From: an uncultured Candidatus Saccharibacteria bacterium
GTDB lineage: Bacteria > Patescibacteriota > Minisyncoccia > Phycocordibacterales > UBA9973
Direction: 5' to 3'
Length of the DNA stretch: 52,454 nt
Assembly (NCBI GenBank): GCA_964354985.1
Contig: CAYHBR010000005.1
Span: 1-52,454, forward strand
The translations under genes and the position numbers were made by a program. Under the pieces are notes generated by a model. That model had not been told where the DNA came from, searched no databases, and saw only the letters and a program-made list of their open reading frames with translations. Shown here piece after piece: positions 8,286 to 18,711 of the stretch (position 1 is the first letter of the stretch; each line of letters opens with the position of its first letter).

Positions 8286-9704
8286 CTATCGTCTCGAGAC
8301 GCCATAAGCGTTCAAATAGTCAATATCTGCTTGGATTCCAATTTTAAATTTCATTACACTTCGTCCGTATGAGCAAGTAGACCCGCCTGTACCGTAATAT
8401 TTACAGGCTGCCCTAGTCTGGCTTGCAGCACTTTTACCGCTAGCACCAAGGTCAGATAAGTATATAGCAGAGGCCATAATGGCATCCTCCGGATCCCAAG
8501 GGTTTGAAACAGACACACCTCTAGCGTTTGCTATCCGACTATCTATAGACTTCCATGTAGAAGCAATAAACTGGGCTGGGCCCATAGCGCCTCCATACCC
8601 GCCAGCTCCAGCGATTGGACAAGAAACAGCGGTTTTATATGGATCAAAACCAAGAGCACTGGTAATAGCGAGATATGGTCCAACATCACGACTTGGTTTC
8701 ATAACATTTGAATATGTCTTACTAGAATTTACATTTATTCCAGCGCCAGTAGAACTGTTCGTTAAATAACACTTTCCTACATTTGAGCCTAGGTTACTTT
8801 CTTGGGTCAAAATAGCTAAAACAAAGGAAGGCTCGACTCCAGTCTTAGTGGAAGCCTCTTCGGCGTATTGCAAAGCCAAGTCAAAACGAATAGCTTTTGA
8901 ACCACCGGCAAATTGGAATAATCTGGCTTTGATTTTATTAACTTCAGCTGTTCGGTCGGCAATAACTGTACTAATTGTTTTTTCTTTACTTTTACTGACA
9001 TCAAGAAGTTTCTTTTGTTCCTTCTCGCTCAATTCAATAGTTTTCTTTACAGTTTCAAGCTCGTATTTAACATCAAGTTCTTGGTCGTGTTTTTTTTCCA
9101 AATCTTTTTTTTCAGTTTCAGTGTCAGTTTTTATTTCACGAACCTGATCAAGAGAAACTTTTACAGAACGCTTTAATGTCTCAAAGGAATCAAGGTCACG
9201 GTAAAATTCTGAGACAGAATTGTTACCAAGTGCAACATAAATAAATGGTGTCTCGTCTATTTGATGAGTCTGGCGGATCATTTGCCCTAGGGATTCACGC
9301 TCGTGATCGAGTTTGTTCTCAAGTGAATTGATAGTTACAGCCTTTTTTGAAATATCTTTAGAAAGTTTCGATATTACGAGACTTTTAGCCTGAATCTTGA
9401 GCTTTGCTTGGGAAATTTGAGTTGTAATTATTTTAATTTCACTAGTAATGGAGGCAGATTGGCCTTTTTGACTAGTAAGTTCCTTTTGTTTTGCAGCGAT
9501 TTCTGCTTCGAGCTGTGCCAATTGGGCCTCAAGTGCGGCTCGATCTGATTGGGCAGTAGTAAGCTCGGTGTCGCTAGTTGCATCTGGCGCAGTTTGACCG
9601 TTTGCAATTAAAATTAATTTACTACAAACAAAAAAAGCAAGGACAAGCGTCGCGGAAACGAGCGCAATGTACCCTGCTTTTTTTGTTTTTTTATTGTAAA
9701 ACAT
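8286..9704 (-). CDS. coiled-coil protein with C-terminal lytic murein transglycosylase (SLT-like) domain
   Basis: N-terminal TM/signal, long coiled coil, catalytic ILTQES, GAMGPAQF and NPWDPEDAI motifs. Start set at ATG 9704 to avoid overlapping rplY. Confidence 0.88.
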   Translation of the reverse strand: MFYNKKTKKAGYIALVSATLVLAFFVCSKLILIANGQTAPDATSDTELTTAQSDRAALEAQLAQLEAEIAAKQKELTSQKGQSASITSEIKIITTQISQAKLKIQAKSLVISKLSKDISKKAVTINSLENKLDHERESLGQMIRQTHQIDETPFIYVALGNNSVSEFYRDLDSFETLKRSVKVSLDQVREIKTDTETEKKDLEKKHDQELDVKYELETVKKTIELSEKEQKKLLDVSKSKEKTISTVIADRTAEVNKIKARLFQFAGGSKAIRFDLALQYAEEASTKTGVEPSFVLAILTQESNLGSNVGKCYLTNSSTGAGINVNSSKTYSNVMKPSRDVGPYLAITSALGFDPYKTAVSCPIAGAGGYGGAMGPAQFIASTWKSIDSRIANARGVSVSNPWDPEDAIMASAIYLSDLGASGKSAASQTRAACKYYGTGGSTCSYGRSVMKFKIGIQADIDYLNAYGVSRR

Positions 9705-9723
9705 TATCGAATTTGTTTGTGTA

Positions 9724-10368
9724 CTATTCTGCTTCTCCTGCTGGTTCACCCTCTTCTTCTTTCTTACCTTTCTTTTCTACTTCAATAGAAGCGAGGTCTA
9801 TTGGTACAGTTTCAGCAACTTCTTCTTTGATGGCTGAAACAAGGGCGACTACTTCATTTTCTTCTGCTTTAAATTCTACGCCACTTGGTAATTTGATGTC
9901 TTTAACATGAATCTGGTCTTCGAGAGTTGCGAGAGAGCTAATGTCAACTTCGATCTGGTGAGGGATGTCTTTTGGAAGACCTTTAACTTCGATTTCGTGC
10001 ATAACTTTTGTAAGCACACCTAGGTTTCCTTTGACTGCTGGTGAGACACCAACGAATTCGAGAGGAACAGCGACTTCTATAGGCTTCTTCATATCAACTA
10101 CTAGGAAATCAACATGCCTTGGGATGTGCTTGACAGGGTCAAGTTGTATGTCGTGGATAAGAACGTCTAACTCGCCTTCTGGTAGCGCCAGACGGATAGT
10201 ACTTGACTCACCTGCCTCCTTGAATACCTTGTCGAAAGCCATCATTGGGACGGTAATAGCTGTAGTTTCTTTGCCTGCGCCGTAAAAAACAGCAGGTAGG
10301 CTACCTGAATTCCTAAGTGCATCGAGATTTTCGCTCGTATTGCGGAATTGTGCTTGCAGTGTTGTCAT
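9724..10368 (-). CDS. rplY: 50S ribosomal protein L25/CTC
   Basis: LRNSGSLPAVFYG, IQLDPVKHIPRHVDF, plus the CTC C-terminal domain. ATG 10368 lies 8 nt after a TATACT box. Confidence 0.96.
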   Translation of the reverse strand: MTTLQAQFRNTSENLDALRNSGSLPAVFYGAGKETTAITVPMMAFDKVFKEAGESSTIRLALPEGELDVLIHDIQLDPVKHIPRHVDFLVVDMKKPIEVAVPLEFVGVSPAVKGNLGVLTKVMHEIEVKGLPKDIPHQIEVDISSLATLEDQIHVKDIKLPSGVEFKAEENEVVALVSAIKEEVAETVPIDLASIEVEKKGKKEEEGEPAGEAE

Positions 10369-10408
10369 AGGTTTCAAGTATACCTATTTAGACGCAAAAA
10401 TCAAGAGC

Positions 10409-12136
10409 CTAGGATGAGTGTTTGGTTTCGTGTTCAAGAGCTATATGACTTTTCATATATTCCATAGTGCCACCGACTTTTTTACCCGGATTGAATATAT
10501 TCTCTGGATCAAAGGCTTTCTTTGTTTCGCCAAAAAGACGAACTACCTCAGGTCCATATTGTTTTATTAAATATGGAGTACGGACAATACCATCATTGTG
10601 CTCAGCATCAATAGAACCTTGATATCTCAAAACCAAATCATATACCTTGTCAGAAAGCTCAGAAATAATGTCTGAAGTCTTGGGGTCTTTGAAATCCATC
10701 AGAGGGATTATGTGAAAATTACCATTTCCGGCATGACCTGCAATTGTGTATACAAGTTCAGGATATGCTTTTATCATTTCATTTATTTCAGGTAAAAATT
10801 TTGGTAAATGTTCTGGCGAAACAATAATATCGTCAATAAAAGGTGCGGTATGCTTGGTACCAGAATGCTTTCTGAGAAGAGAAAAAGAATCTCGCCTCAC
10901 ACTCCAATATTTTTCAACTTCTTTAGGGTCAATAATTTTACGAGTTTTAAGTCCGAATGGTTTTAATGATTCAATTACACTGTTGCATTTGGAATCCAAT
11001 TCATTTCCATCATTACCCTGGAATTCGATTAGCATTATTAGCTTTGGAACACCACCAGTTATCAGCATCCAAAACTCTGGCATAAATCGAAGTGCGTATT
11101 TGAAAGTTCCAAATATTCCTTTTTCTTTTACAAATTCGCTAAAATATCTAGCAGCTAGTCCAAAAGTTTTATCGTCGTATGACTCAATTGAAGTCGGATT
11201 AAATGGAAGAACAGAGTCAACTATTTCACCGAGGCGAGCAAGAGTTGGGAGCATTGCAACAACTAGTCTAGATTTTTCCGGCAAATCAACAAGGCGCAGA
11301 GTCATCTCTGTCACTATTCCGAGGGTTCCCTGACTGCCAATAATAACCTGAGCAAGATCAAATACTTCCTCGCCTTCTTCATTTTTACGCCAAATATTCC
11401 AAAGATAATAACCGGCAGAATTTTTATTTACATATGGACGAGCAGCTGAGATTGTTTTTTCATTATTTGAAACTATATCGAATATTTTTTTATATATTTC
11501 ACCTTCGCGAGTCGTCTCCGCCATTTTTGTGTACAACTCACGTCTGGTAAGTGGAGTCACTGTATATTCGTGACCATCAAAAAAAATAATTTTAACTTCT
11601 TTGACATAGTCCTCCATTTTTCCGTAGCGAAGAGTGAGTTCGCCACCAGAATTATTACCAATCATTCCACCAAGCGCATTTATTGATTTTGAAGCGGTAA
11701 AACAAGGCAAAAGTAAATTCGCAGATTGCAATTTGGTTTCAAGATCACGGTAGAAAACTCCAGGACCAACTTTTATTTCAGCTGAAATAGTGACATCATT
11801 ACTTTTTGGAAAATTGGGACGAATAATGTATGGCTGTACAGGACGAATACTGCCAATATTATTCATGTATTTCATCACATCAATAATTATTGACTCTCCA
11901 AGCGAGCCACCTGACATGCAGGTTCCTGCGGCTCGGACTGAAAGTGAAAGTTCTTTGTTGTTTGGCTTATTCTGCATTGCCCATTGAACAAGTTTCTCGA
12001 TATCTTTTGAATGCTTAGGGAAAACGACAATTTTTGGGATCACTTCAAAAATACTTGCATCACGAGAATATTTAGCTAAAGTCGAATAAGTATCATCGAT
12101 GTCACCTTCAAAGAATTTTTTTATTTCGTCTTTCAT
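10409..12136 (-). CDS. FAD-binding oxidoreductase (GlcD/D-lactate dehydrogenase-like, FAD-linked oxidase family)
   Basis: RAAGTCMSGGS, LGGMIGNNSGG, GSQGTLGIVTE, GHAGNGNFH, AEHNDG, FDPENIFNPGK. Confidence 0.9.
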   Translation of the reverse strand: MKDEIKKFFEGDIDDTYSTLAKYSRDASIFEVIPKIVVFPKHSKDIEKLVQWAMQNKPNNKELSLSVRAAGTCMSGGSLGESIIIDVMKYMNNIGSIRPVQPYIIRPNFPKSNDVTISAEIKVGPGVFYRDLETKLQSANLLLPCFTASKSINALGGMIGNNSGGELTLRYGKMEDYVKEVKIIFFDGHEYTVTPLTRRELYTKMAETTREGEIYKKIFDIVSNNEKTISAARPYVNKNSAGYYLWNIWRKNEEGEEVFDLAQVIIGSQGTLGIVTEMTLRLVDLPEKSRLVVAMLPTLARLGEIVDSVLPFNPTSIESYDDKTFGLAARYFSEFVKEKGIFGTFKYALRFMPEFWMLITGGVPKLIMLIEFQGNDGNELDSKCNSVIESLKPFGLKTRKIIDPKEVEKYWSVRRDSFSLLRKHSGTKHTAPFIDDIIVSPEHLPKFLPEINEMIKAYPELVYTIAGHAGNGNFHIIPLMDFKDPKTSDIISELSDKVYDLVLRYQGSIDAEHNDGIVRTPYLIKQYGPEVVRLFGETKKAFDPENIFNPGKKVGGTMEYMKSHIALEHETKHSS

Positions 12137-12165
12137 TTGTTATTTAACATTATAAACTAATTTTT

Positions 12166-13176
12166 TTATTTTCTACTAATTATATCTTTAATACTTTTTA
12201 GTAAAACTTTTTGGGCACCCAAAATATCTTTTGGATCTTTGGCGTAATGAGCGAGTGCTTCGTTTTGAAAAGCTCGACTAAATGAGAAAGTCATTGGAAA
12301 TGGAACTTGGTCAGAAAGACGCATTATGGCATCAAAGTTTTCATCGGCTTCGTCGTGGGATTGACCACCTGACAGGAAAATTACACCACCTATGTTGTTC
12401 GGTAGAGATTCTTTTAAGACCGAGATTGTTCTCTCAGCTACCTCCTCAGGTTTCGCCCTATTTTCGGCGTTTTTTCCCGAAAGTACCATTGAGGTTTTAA
12501 GGATAAGTCCCGGTAAATAAGCACCTGAAGCCTTAAGTTCATTCATAAGTGGGATAAGGACTGTTTGGAGAGTTTCTTCGCAGTCAACAATGCTATGGTT
12601 TCCATCAATTAAAACCTCCGGTTCTACTATTGGAACAATATTATTTTCCTGGCAAATTTCCGCATACTGACACATCCGACTAATATTTTCTGCCAAAGCC
12701 TCTTTAGTCGGGATACCATGATTAACTCCAAAAACTGCACGCCATTTTGCGAAAGCAGCTCCAAAATTTTTATAATCAACCATCCTTTTTTCTAAACCAT
12801 CGATTCCATTAGTTACAAATTCGATATCATTTTCGTTTCGGTAGCCAACCACTCCGGTATCGACTTTAATGCCAGGTTTAATTCCTTTCTCAAATAAAAT
12901 ATGAGCAAACAATTTTCCTTCTTTGTTTGCCTGCCGGATAGTTTCGTCAGTTAAAATAATACCAGATAGAACTTCTTCGTTTTCTGGCGCAGTAATTATC
13001 ATTTCGCGAAAGGCTCTGCGCGATTCATCTGTGCATTCGAGCAGAACTCCGTCAAATCGTTTACAGCAAGTCTTGGCGCTTTCGTCGGCAGCCAAAATTC
13101 CTTTTGGAGGATTTACCAGGTACGAAGCAGTGTCTTTAAGTAATTCAATATCGATAATACTTTCTGGATTGTTCAT
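12166..13176 (-). CDS. fructose-bisphosphate aldolase class I
   Basis: KGILAADES, GIKVDTG, FAKWRAV, VPIVEPEV, Schiff-base Lys in ILKTSMV, FLSGGQS, TFSFSRA. Confidence 0.96.
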   Translation of the reverse strand: MNNPESIIDIELLKDTASYLVNPPKGILAADESAKTCCKRFDGVLLECTDESRRAFREMIITAPENEEVLSGIILTDETIRQANKEGKLFAHILFEKGIKPGIKVDTGVVGYRNENDIEFVTNGIDGLEKRMVDYKNFGAAFAKWRAVFGVNHGIPTKEALAENISRMCQYAEICQENNIVPIVEPEVLIDGNHSIVDCEETLQTVLIPLMNELKASGAYLPGLILKTSMVLSGKNAENRAKPEEVAERTISVLKESLPNNIGGVIFLSGGQSHDEADENFDAIMRLSDQVPFPMTFSFSRAFQNEALAHYAKDPKDILGAQKVLLKSIKDIISRK

Positions 13177-13257
13177 TTAATAATAATAACATAATGTTTT
13201 GTTTTTTAATCCACTAGTAATTTTTCCGTAATATTTATTTCAGTATATAATTCTAAT

Positions 13258-14250
13258 ATGAACGAAGAACAAATAGACATACTCGCTATTGGCGATATTG
13301 TTACTGATGCTTTTATTAAAATAAAAGATGCAACCGTAAATTGCGAAATAGACAATACTGCCTGCAAGCTTTGCATGTCTTTTGGCGACAAGGTTCCGTA
13401 TGAATCAGTGGAAGAAATCCGTGCTGTAGGCAACAGTGCAAATGCTACTGTTTGTGCAGCTCGTCTAGGCCTTCATTCAGCTTTAATAGCAGGAGTTGGA
13501 GATGACTCAAATGGCAGAAACTGTCTCGAAGTTCTTGCTAAAGAGAAAGTTGAAACTGGATATATTTCTATTTCAAAAGAACACCCAACTAACTATCACT
13601 ATGTGCTTTGGTATGATGTTGATCGAACAATTTTAGTTAAGCACGCACCTTTTATTTATAAAATTCCCGAACTTTCCCATAAACCAAAATGGCTTTACCT
13701 TTCTTCTCTCGGCGAATCTGCGAAAGATTTTCATACTGAGATTCTTGACTATCTCCATCTAAATCCATCTATTAAACTCGCTTTTCAGCCAGGAACATTC
13801 CAAATGAAACTTGGCATCGATGGTCTTCGTGGTATTTACGAACGAACTGATTTTTTATGCTTAAATAAAGAAGAGGCGGAAAGAATCTTGAAATTACCAA
13901 CAACAGAACCGAAAGAAATACTAAAACATTTAGTAGAACTTGGTCCAAAAATTGTAATTCTCACCGATGGTTTCAATGGAGCTTATGCATATGATCACGG
14001 CCAAATGTATTTTATGCCAATTTATCCACACACTCCGTTTGAAAGGACAGGTGCAGGCGATGCTTTTTCTTCGACTGTTGTTTCGGCTCTAGTAATGGGA
14101 AAGACCATTGAAGAAGCACTGACATGGGCGCCTATAAATGCAATGTCAGTGGTACAATGTGTAGGAGCACAAAGAGGACTACTTACACAAACACAATTAC
14201 TTGCTTTTCTTACAAAAGCTCCTTCAGATTATTTATTAAGAAAAATCTAA
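13258..14250 (+). CDS. PfkB/ribokinase family carbohydrate kinase
   Basis: GNSANAT...ARLG, VGDDSNG, NKEEA, and the RTGAGDAF anion-hole motif. Confidence 0.94.
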   Translation: MNEEQIDILAIGDIVTDAFIKIKDATVNCEIDNTACKLCMSFGDKVPYESVEEIRAVGNSANATVCAARLGLHSALIAGVGDDSNGRNCLEVLAKEKVETGYISISKEHPTNYHYVLWYDVDRTILVKHAPFIYKIPELSHKPKWLYLSSLGESAKDFHTEILDYLHLNPSIKLAFQPGTFQMKLGIDGLRGIYERTDFLCLNKEEAERILKLPTTEPKEILKHLVELGPKIVILTDGFNGAYAYDHGQMYFMPIYPHTPFERTGAGDAFSSTVVSALVMGKTIEEALTWAPINAMSVVQCVGAQRGLLTQTQLLAFLTKAPSDYLLRKI

Positions 14251-14493
14251 ATGAAAGAAGAATTCCCTACACAACTACCACCAATTGAGTCAGGAAAAGA
14301 TCCGGTACAAAATTCCGAACCTGACGACAACTACCCTTCTGATCAGGGATATTTCGAGAGTAATTTAAAAGGAAATTTACCTGAATTACTAAAAAATTAC
14401 AGAGACAAGCAGGAAAACAATCCAAGTGAGGATACAAAGGAGGATATTAAGAGAATTAATGAATTATTAGATGATATGCTAAATAGTAAATAA
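14251..14493 (+). CDS. hypothetical acidic protein
   Basis: ATG directly follows the pfkB stop; 80 aa with no recognised motif. Confidence 0.65.
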   Translation: MKEEFPTQLPPIESGKDPVQNSEPDDNYPSDQGYFESNLKGNLPELLKNYRDKQENNPSEDTKEDIKRINELLDDMLNSK

Positions 14494-14497
14494 ATTT

Positions 14498-15112
14498 ATG
14501 GAAGGAAAACCAAATTTTGAAAATATTGACGGAAATCTTTGTAAAAAAGGTATCTCGGCTGATGATAAAAAATTAGTGGAAAATTTTTCTTTTACTGAAG
14601 ATGCTGATAGTCCTTATATCGAGCATGGATACGATGAGGATGGCCAAATCAAAGTTATAAAAGAAGTAGTTGATACAAAATTGGAGAGTAGATATTCTGA
14701 AAGTGATTTTATTTCCCAAGACAAAATAAAAGAAACAATCGTTACTATTGTCGATAAGATTGATGCTCTTGAACTACAACTAAATTATCACGAAGAACAG
14801 CTAGGCTTAATCGCTACGGAAATCAGAAGACTCGAAGAAGAAGAGCGATTATTAAGTGATAAAACCATAACATTAAGAGGTCACGAAAGTGAAGACCATG
14901 CAAACCTTGTTCAAGAAATGAATAAAGTTGGTGAAGACCTAAATAACTTAAATTTAAAATATGAAATGATGTCAGAAATTTCAGATCGTAATTGTGCCAA
15001 AATTGAATCTATTTTAAGTAGACTGAATGCAGTTATGTCATATTCATACGAAACTGAAAGAAGTTCTGACACAGAAAATCCTGAGAAAGTACGAACTTTT
15101 CTAAAAAATTAA
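14498..15112 (+). CDS. hypothetical acidic coiled-coil protein
   Basis: 204-aa ORF, 4 nt after the previous gene, with heptad-like Leu/Ile periodicity in the C-terminal half. Confidence 0.75.
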   Translation: MEGKPNFENIDGNLCKKGISADDKKLVENFSFTEDADSPYIEHGYDEDGQIKVIKEVVDTKLESRYSESDFISQDKIKETIVTIVDKIDALELQLNYHEEQLGLIATEIRRLEEEERLLSDKTITLRGHESEDHANLVQEMNKVGEDLNNLNLKYEMMSEISDRNCAKIESILSRLNAVMSYSYETERSSDTENPEKVRTFLKN

Positions 15113-15124
15113 TAAAGATCTTAA

Positions 15125-16153
15125 TTAAATCTTCCTCTCAATGACCTTTTTAGCTGCCTCAAAAATATCTTCGGTTGTCATTTTATAATGCTTTATTAAT
15201 TCTTCCGGTTTTCCCGACTGACCAAATAGGTCGTGAACACCAATAAATTCTGTCGGAACTGGGTAATTCCCTGCCAGTGTTTCGGCGACAGCGCCACCTA
15301 GTCCGCCGGCAATTTGATGCTCTTCGACGGTGACAACAGCCTTTGTTTCTCTTGCCATTTTAATAATTGCTTCTGTATCAAGTGGTTTTATTGTGTGGAT
15401 ATTCATCACAACAGCCCTAATTCCATTTTTCTCAAGTTTCTTTGCAGCCAAAAGCGCTCTGTGAACAAGCGCGCCAGTTGCAATGATTCCAACATGAGCC
15501 AAGCCTTCTGGTCGGTAGAAAACAGCTGCTTTTCCAATTTCAAATGGTGTCTCGGCGGTCGTCATAACAGGAGTTTTTTCTCGCATCAAACGCAAATATG
15601 CTGGTTTCCCTTTTACCTCGCTACTAACACTTGTGCCAGCAGCTTGAATTGCAAGCGCAATAGTCGCCTTGCGCGCCTCAATAGCGTCACACGGCGAAAT
15701 CACCATCATATTTGGCATAACGCGCATAAGAGCAATATCTTCGATTGCTTGATGAGTTCCACCGTCTGGTCCAACAGAGATACCAGCATGACTGCCGACG
15801 ATTATCACCGGACGGTCATTATATGCAATAGTTGTGCGAATTTGTTCCCAATTTCTGCCGGGAGAAAACATTGCGTATGAAGAAACAAAAGGAATTTTCC
15901 CGACGGCAGACATGCCACTGGCAACAGTTACAAGATTTTGTTCGGCAACACCTATCTCAACAAATCTTTCCGGAAATGCTTTTTTAAATGCCTCCATCTG
16001 AGTACTTTCTGTGAGGTCAGCACAAAGAGCGACAACATTTTTATCTGTCTCACCTGCCACAACCAAGCCCTCACCAAAACCTTTGCGAATAGGAATTTGC
16101 TCGACATCGTCGTTCCAGAGTTTTGTATTTAGTTTTAAATCTTTATTAAGCAT
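15125..16153 (-). CDS. transketolase, C-terminal (pyrimidine-binding) subunit
   Basis: ADLTEST, EIGVAEQN, GPDGGTHQ, IKPLD, VTVEEHQIAGGLG. Confidence 0.96.
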   Translation of the reverse strand: MLNKDLKLNTKLWNDDVEQIPIRKGFGEGLVVAGETDKNVVALCADLTESTQMEAFKKAFPERFVEIGVAEQNLVTVASGMSAVGKIPFVSSYAMFSPGRNWEQIRTTIAYNDRPVIIVGSHAGISVGPDGGTHQAIEDIALMRVMPNMMVISPCDAIEARKATIALAIQAAGTSVSSEVKGKPAYLRLMREKTPVMTTAETPFEIGKAAVFYRPEGLAHVGIIATGALVHRALLAAKKLEKNGIRAVVMNIHTIKPLDTEAIIKMARETKAVVTVEEHQIAGGLGGAVAETLAGNYPVPTEFIGVHDLFGQSGKPEELIKHYKMTTEDIFEAAKKVIERKI

Positions 16154-16195
16154 TTTGTAAATTTACCTTATACATTATTCCGTCTATGACCCTGT

Positions 16196-17089
16196 TTAGT
16201 TATGCTCACCTTTAATCCTTCCGCCCAGTGTCCGCAACTCATTCATCGCCATCTTGGCTTCATCTGCGCTTGGTGGTTTGCCGTGCCAGTGGAAGTCTCG
16301 TTCAAATTCTTTGACACCTTTGCCTGGGATAGTATGAGCTATGATGACTGTAGGCTTTTCAAAAATAGTTTTCGCACGAGCGATAGCATCGGCGATTTCT
16401 TCAAAGTTGTGTCCATTGATTTCTTCAACATGCCAGTTAAAGGCGCGCCATTTATCAGCCAATGGCTCGAGTGGCATAATATCTTCGGTGTTGCCATCAA
16501 TCTGAATATTGTTGCGGTCAACTATTGCAATCAAGTTACGGAGTTTGTTTTTCCCGGCAAACATAATTCCCTCCCAACTATTTCCTTCTTCAAGCTCGCC
16601 GTCTGACATCATGCAATATACATATTGGTCAGTTGACTCACCTTTATCCATAATTATAGCCTTCGCCATACCAGCAGCCTGAGACAGACCAGAGCCAAGC
16701 GGTCCCGAGCTGGTTTCAAGAATATCTAGATATTCGCGATGCGGATGACCTTGTAGTCGTGACCCGAATTTGCGCAATGTCAGAAGTTCTTCTTTTGGAA
16801 AATATCCAGAGTGAGCTAGTGTCGCATAGTAGACAGGACAAATATGTCCGTTAGACAAAACAAGTCTGTCGCGTTCTAGCCAAAAAGGATCACTGGGATT
16901 GTGGCGGAGAATTCCTACCTGTTTATTTTCATTTAGAATATTTTCAGATTGTGGCGCAAAATATAGTGCAGTGAAAATGTCGGCCATACCAAGTGGACCA
17001 GCGGTATGACCACTTCCTGCAGCGAGTAGCATTTCAATAATTGATTCGCGGATTTCATTGGCTTGCAGTGCAAGCTGATGTTCATTCAT
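16196..17089 (-). CDS. transketolase, N-terminal (ThDP-binding) subunit
   Basis: AGSGH, RDRLVLSNGH, LQGHP, SSGPLGSG, ThDP motif SDGELEEG...DRNN, HWHGK. Confidence 0.96.
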   Translation of the reverse strand: MNEHQLALQANEIRESIIEMLLAAGSGHTAGPLGMADIFTALYFAPQSENILNENKQVGILRHNPSDPFWLERDRLVLSNGHICPVYYATLAHSGYFPKEELLTLRKFGSRLQGHPHREYLDILETSSGPLGSGLSQAAGMAKAIIMDKGESTDQYVYCMMSDGELEEGNSWEGIMFAGKNKLRNLIAIVDRNNIQIDGNTEDIMPLEPLADKWRAFNWHVEEINGHNFEEIADAIARAKTIFEKPTVIIAHTIPGKGVKEFERDFHWHGKPPSADEAKMAMNELRTLGGRIKGEHN

Positions 17090-17117
17090 TGCTTCTATTA
17101 TACTCGCGCAAGTGAAA

Positions 17118-17155
17118 AATAAAAAACACCTGATGTGTATATGGGTGTTTTTATT
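17118..17155 (-). terminator. terminator after rpe
   Basis: AATAAAAAACACC...GGTGTTTTTATT inverted repeat. Confidence 0.55.
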
Positions 17156-17163
17156 GAATACTT

Positions 17164-17886
17164 TTATTCGGCTTTCATTTTACTCTCTGCTTGATGGGCG
17201 ATTTCTTTAAATTCCCTTAGTGTCTCAAGTGGTGAATCACTTTTCCAAATTGCCGACCCGACAATTAGCCTGGTAGCGCCAACGGCGATTAGGTTTTCGG
17301 CATTATCGAGACCAACGCCGCCGTCGACGGCAATGGGCAAACCAGGGAATGCATCTGCGACTTTTTTAATCTGGCTGTATACTCGCTCGTCAAATTCTTG
17401 ACCCTGCATTCCAATTTCAGCAATACCCATGCACTGCACAAAATCCACCTCTTTGAGGATGTGCCGGTATGCATCGATGTCAGAATCTAGATTAAAGGCA
17501 ACGCCAATTTCGGTATTATCACGGATGTATGGATCAATAGCTTCAACAAAGTTAGCGAAATCTTCCTCGTCACCCTCGGCTTCGGCGTGGAGAACAATGC
17601 GAGCTGGACCGAATTTGTAGAAATAGTCGAGGTGGTCGTGGGCATTTTTAACCATGAGGTCAAGCTCAAAATTCATTTCTTCCCAATATGGCATTCCTTC
17701 TTTTTCAGCTTCGAGTGCTTCGATAAACGAAGTATCTTCACCGTTGTATGGCCAAGTGGCATTTGGTGCAAATACACCATCGACCATATCTATTTGAACA
17801 AAACGGGTCTTGCCTAAAACAGCCGCGACTTGATTGCGGATATTTGCGACATGCTCTGGTAATATTGCAGGGACTATTTCTATCAT
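17164..17886 (-). CDS. rpe: ribulose-phosphate 3-epimerase
   Basis: IVPAIL, QIDMVDGVF, DLMV, GMQGQEF, IAVDGGV, IVGSAIW. Confidence 0.92.
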   Translation of the reverse strand: MIEIVPAILPEHVANIRNQVAAVLGKTRFVQIDMVDGVFAPNATWPYNGEDTSFIEALEAEKEGMPYWEEMNFELDLMVKNAHDHLDYFYKFGPARIVLHAEAEGDEEDFANFVEAIDPYIRDNTEIGVAFNLDSDIDAYRHILKEVDFVQCMGIAEIGMQGQEFDERVYSQIKKVADAFPGLPIAVDGGVGLDNAENLIAVGATRLIVGSAIWKSDSPLETLREFKEIAHQAESKMKAE

Positions 17887-17922
17887 ATTAATCTGAAATT
17901 TTCGTTAATTAAAAATAAATAA

Positions 17923-18405
17923 TTAAAACTTTGCTAGTCTATTTTTATGTCTTTGTTCTTTTGAAAAAGCCGTCTCGACAAAGATTTTTACAGCACTTTT
18001 TGCCTCATTTTCTGTGACAAAACGTGCACCGATTGAAAGAATATTTGCGTCATTATGAATTCTCGCTAGACGAACAACTGAATATGGATCACTACTGAGT
18101 TCACCACTTACATCTATGGCTTGTTTTGGTGCAACTGGACCATAAAATACAGCTGCGCGAATACCGGCTACCCTATTTCCAACCATTGCCTCTCCTTGAC
18201 CTGACCCACCGAAGATAATTCCCATACTTGAGTTGTCACCTGCTACTGCTTCTGCTGCCTGAAATATATAATCCGGATAATCATCGCCCGGGATAAATTC
18301 AAATGCACCAAAATCAATAACTTCGTGACCAAGAGCCACAAGCTCACTTGCTATAATTTTTTTTAATTCAAATCCAGCATGATCACCAGCAAGGAAAATC
18401 TTCAT
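17923..18405 (-). CDS. rpiB: ribose-5-phosphate isomerase B
   Basis: GDHAGFELK, DDYPD, GGSGQGE, RIHNDANILSIGAR, RHKNRL. Confidence 0.95.
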   Translation of the reverse strand: MKIFLAGDHAGFELKKIIASELVALGHEVIDFGAFEFIPGDDYPDYIFQAAEAVAGDNSSMGIIFGGSGQGEAMVGNRVAGIRAAVFYGPVAPKQAIDVSGELSSDPYSVVRLARIHNDANILSIGARFVTENEAKSAVKIFVETAFSKEQRHKNRLAKF

Positions 18406-18417
18406 ATAAATTTTATA

Positions 18418-18696
18418 CTAAGCAGCCATTTCCATGTCGTCTTCTATTTCAACATGTATGTTATTTTTTTTAACAAAGTCCTCCAGCTGAGATTTCAACC
18501 AATCCTTTCGGGAAAAATCTTGCTCTCGGTCAACAATTTCCTTCATTCTCAAATATTCCATTTGCATCGAATCCATGTCTTCCTTTTTTTTCTGCTCGTC
18601 TGACATGGTGACGACCTTGCTGTTATCCACCAAATTTTCTACTAAATCTTGAGCAGTCTTGGCTTCCTTTTTTTGAATATATTCTTCAATTCCCAT
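18418..18696 (-). CDS. hypothetical protein
   Basis: 92-aa charged ORF packed co-directionally inside the gap-rpe run. Confidence 0.7.
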   Translation of the reverse strand: MGIEEYIQKKEAKTAQDLVENLVDNSKVVTMSDEQKKKEDMDSMQMEYLRMKEIVDREQDFSRKDWLKSQLEDFVKKNNIHVEIEDDMEMAA

Positions 18697-18711
18697 AAAT
18701 ATTTGCGATTA

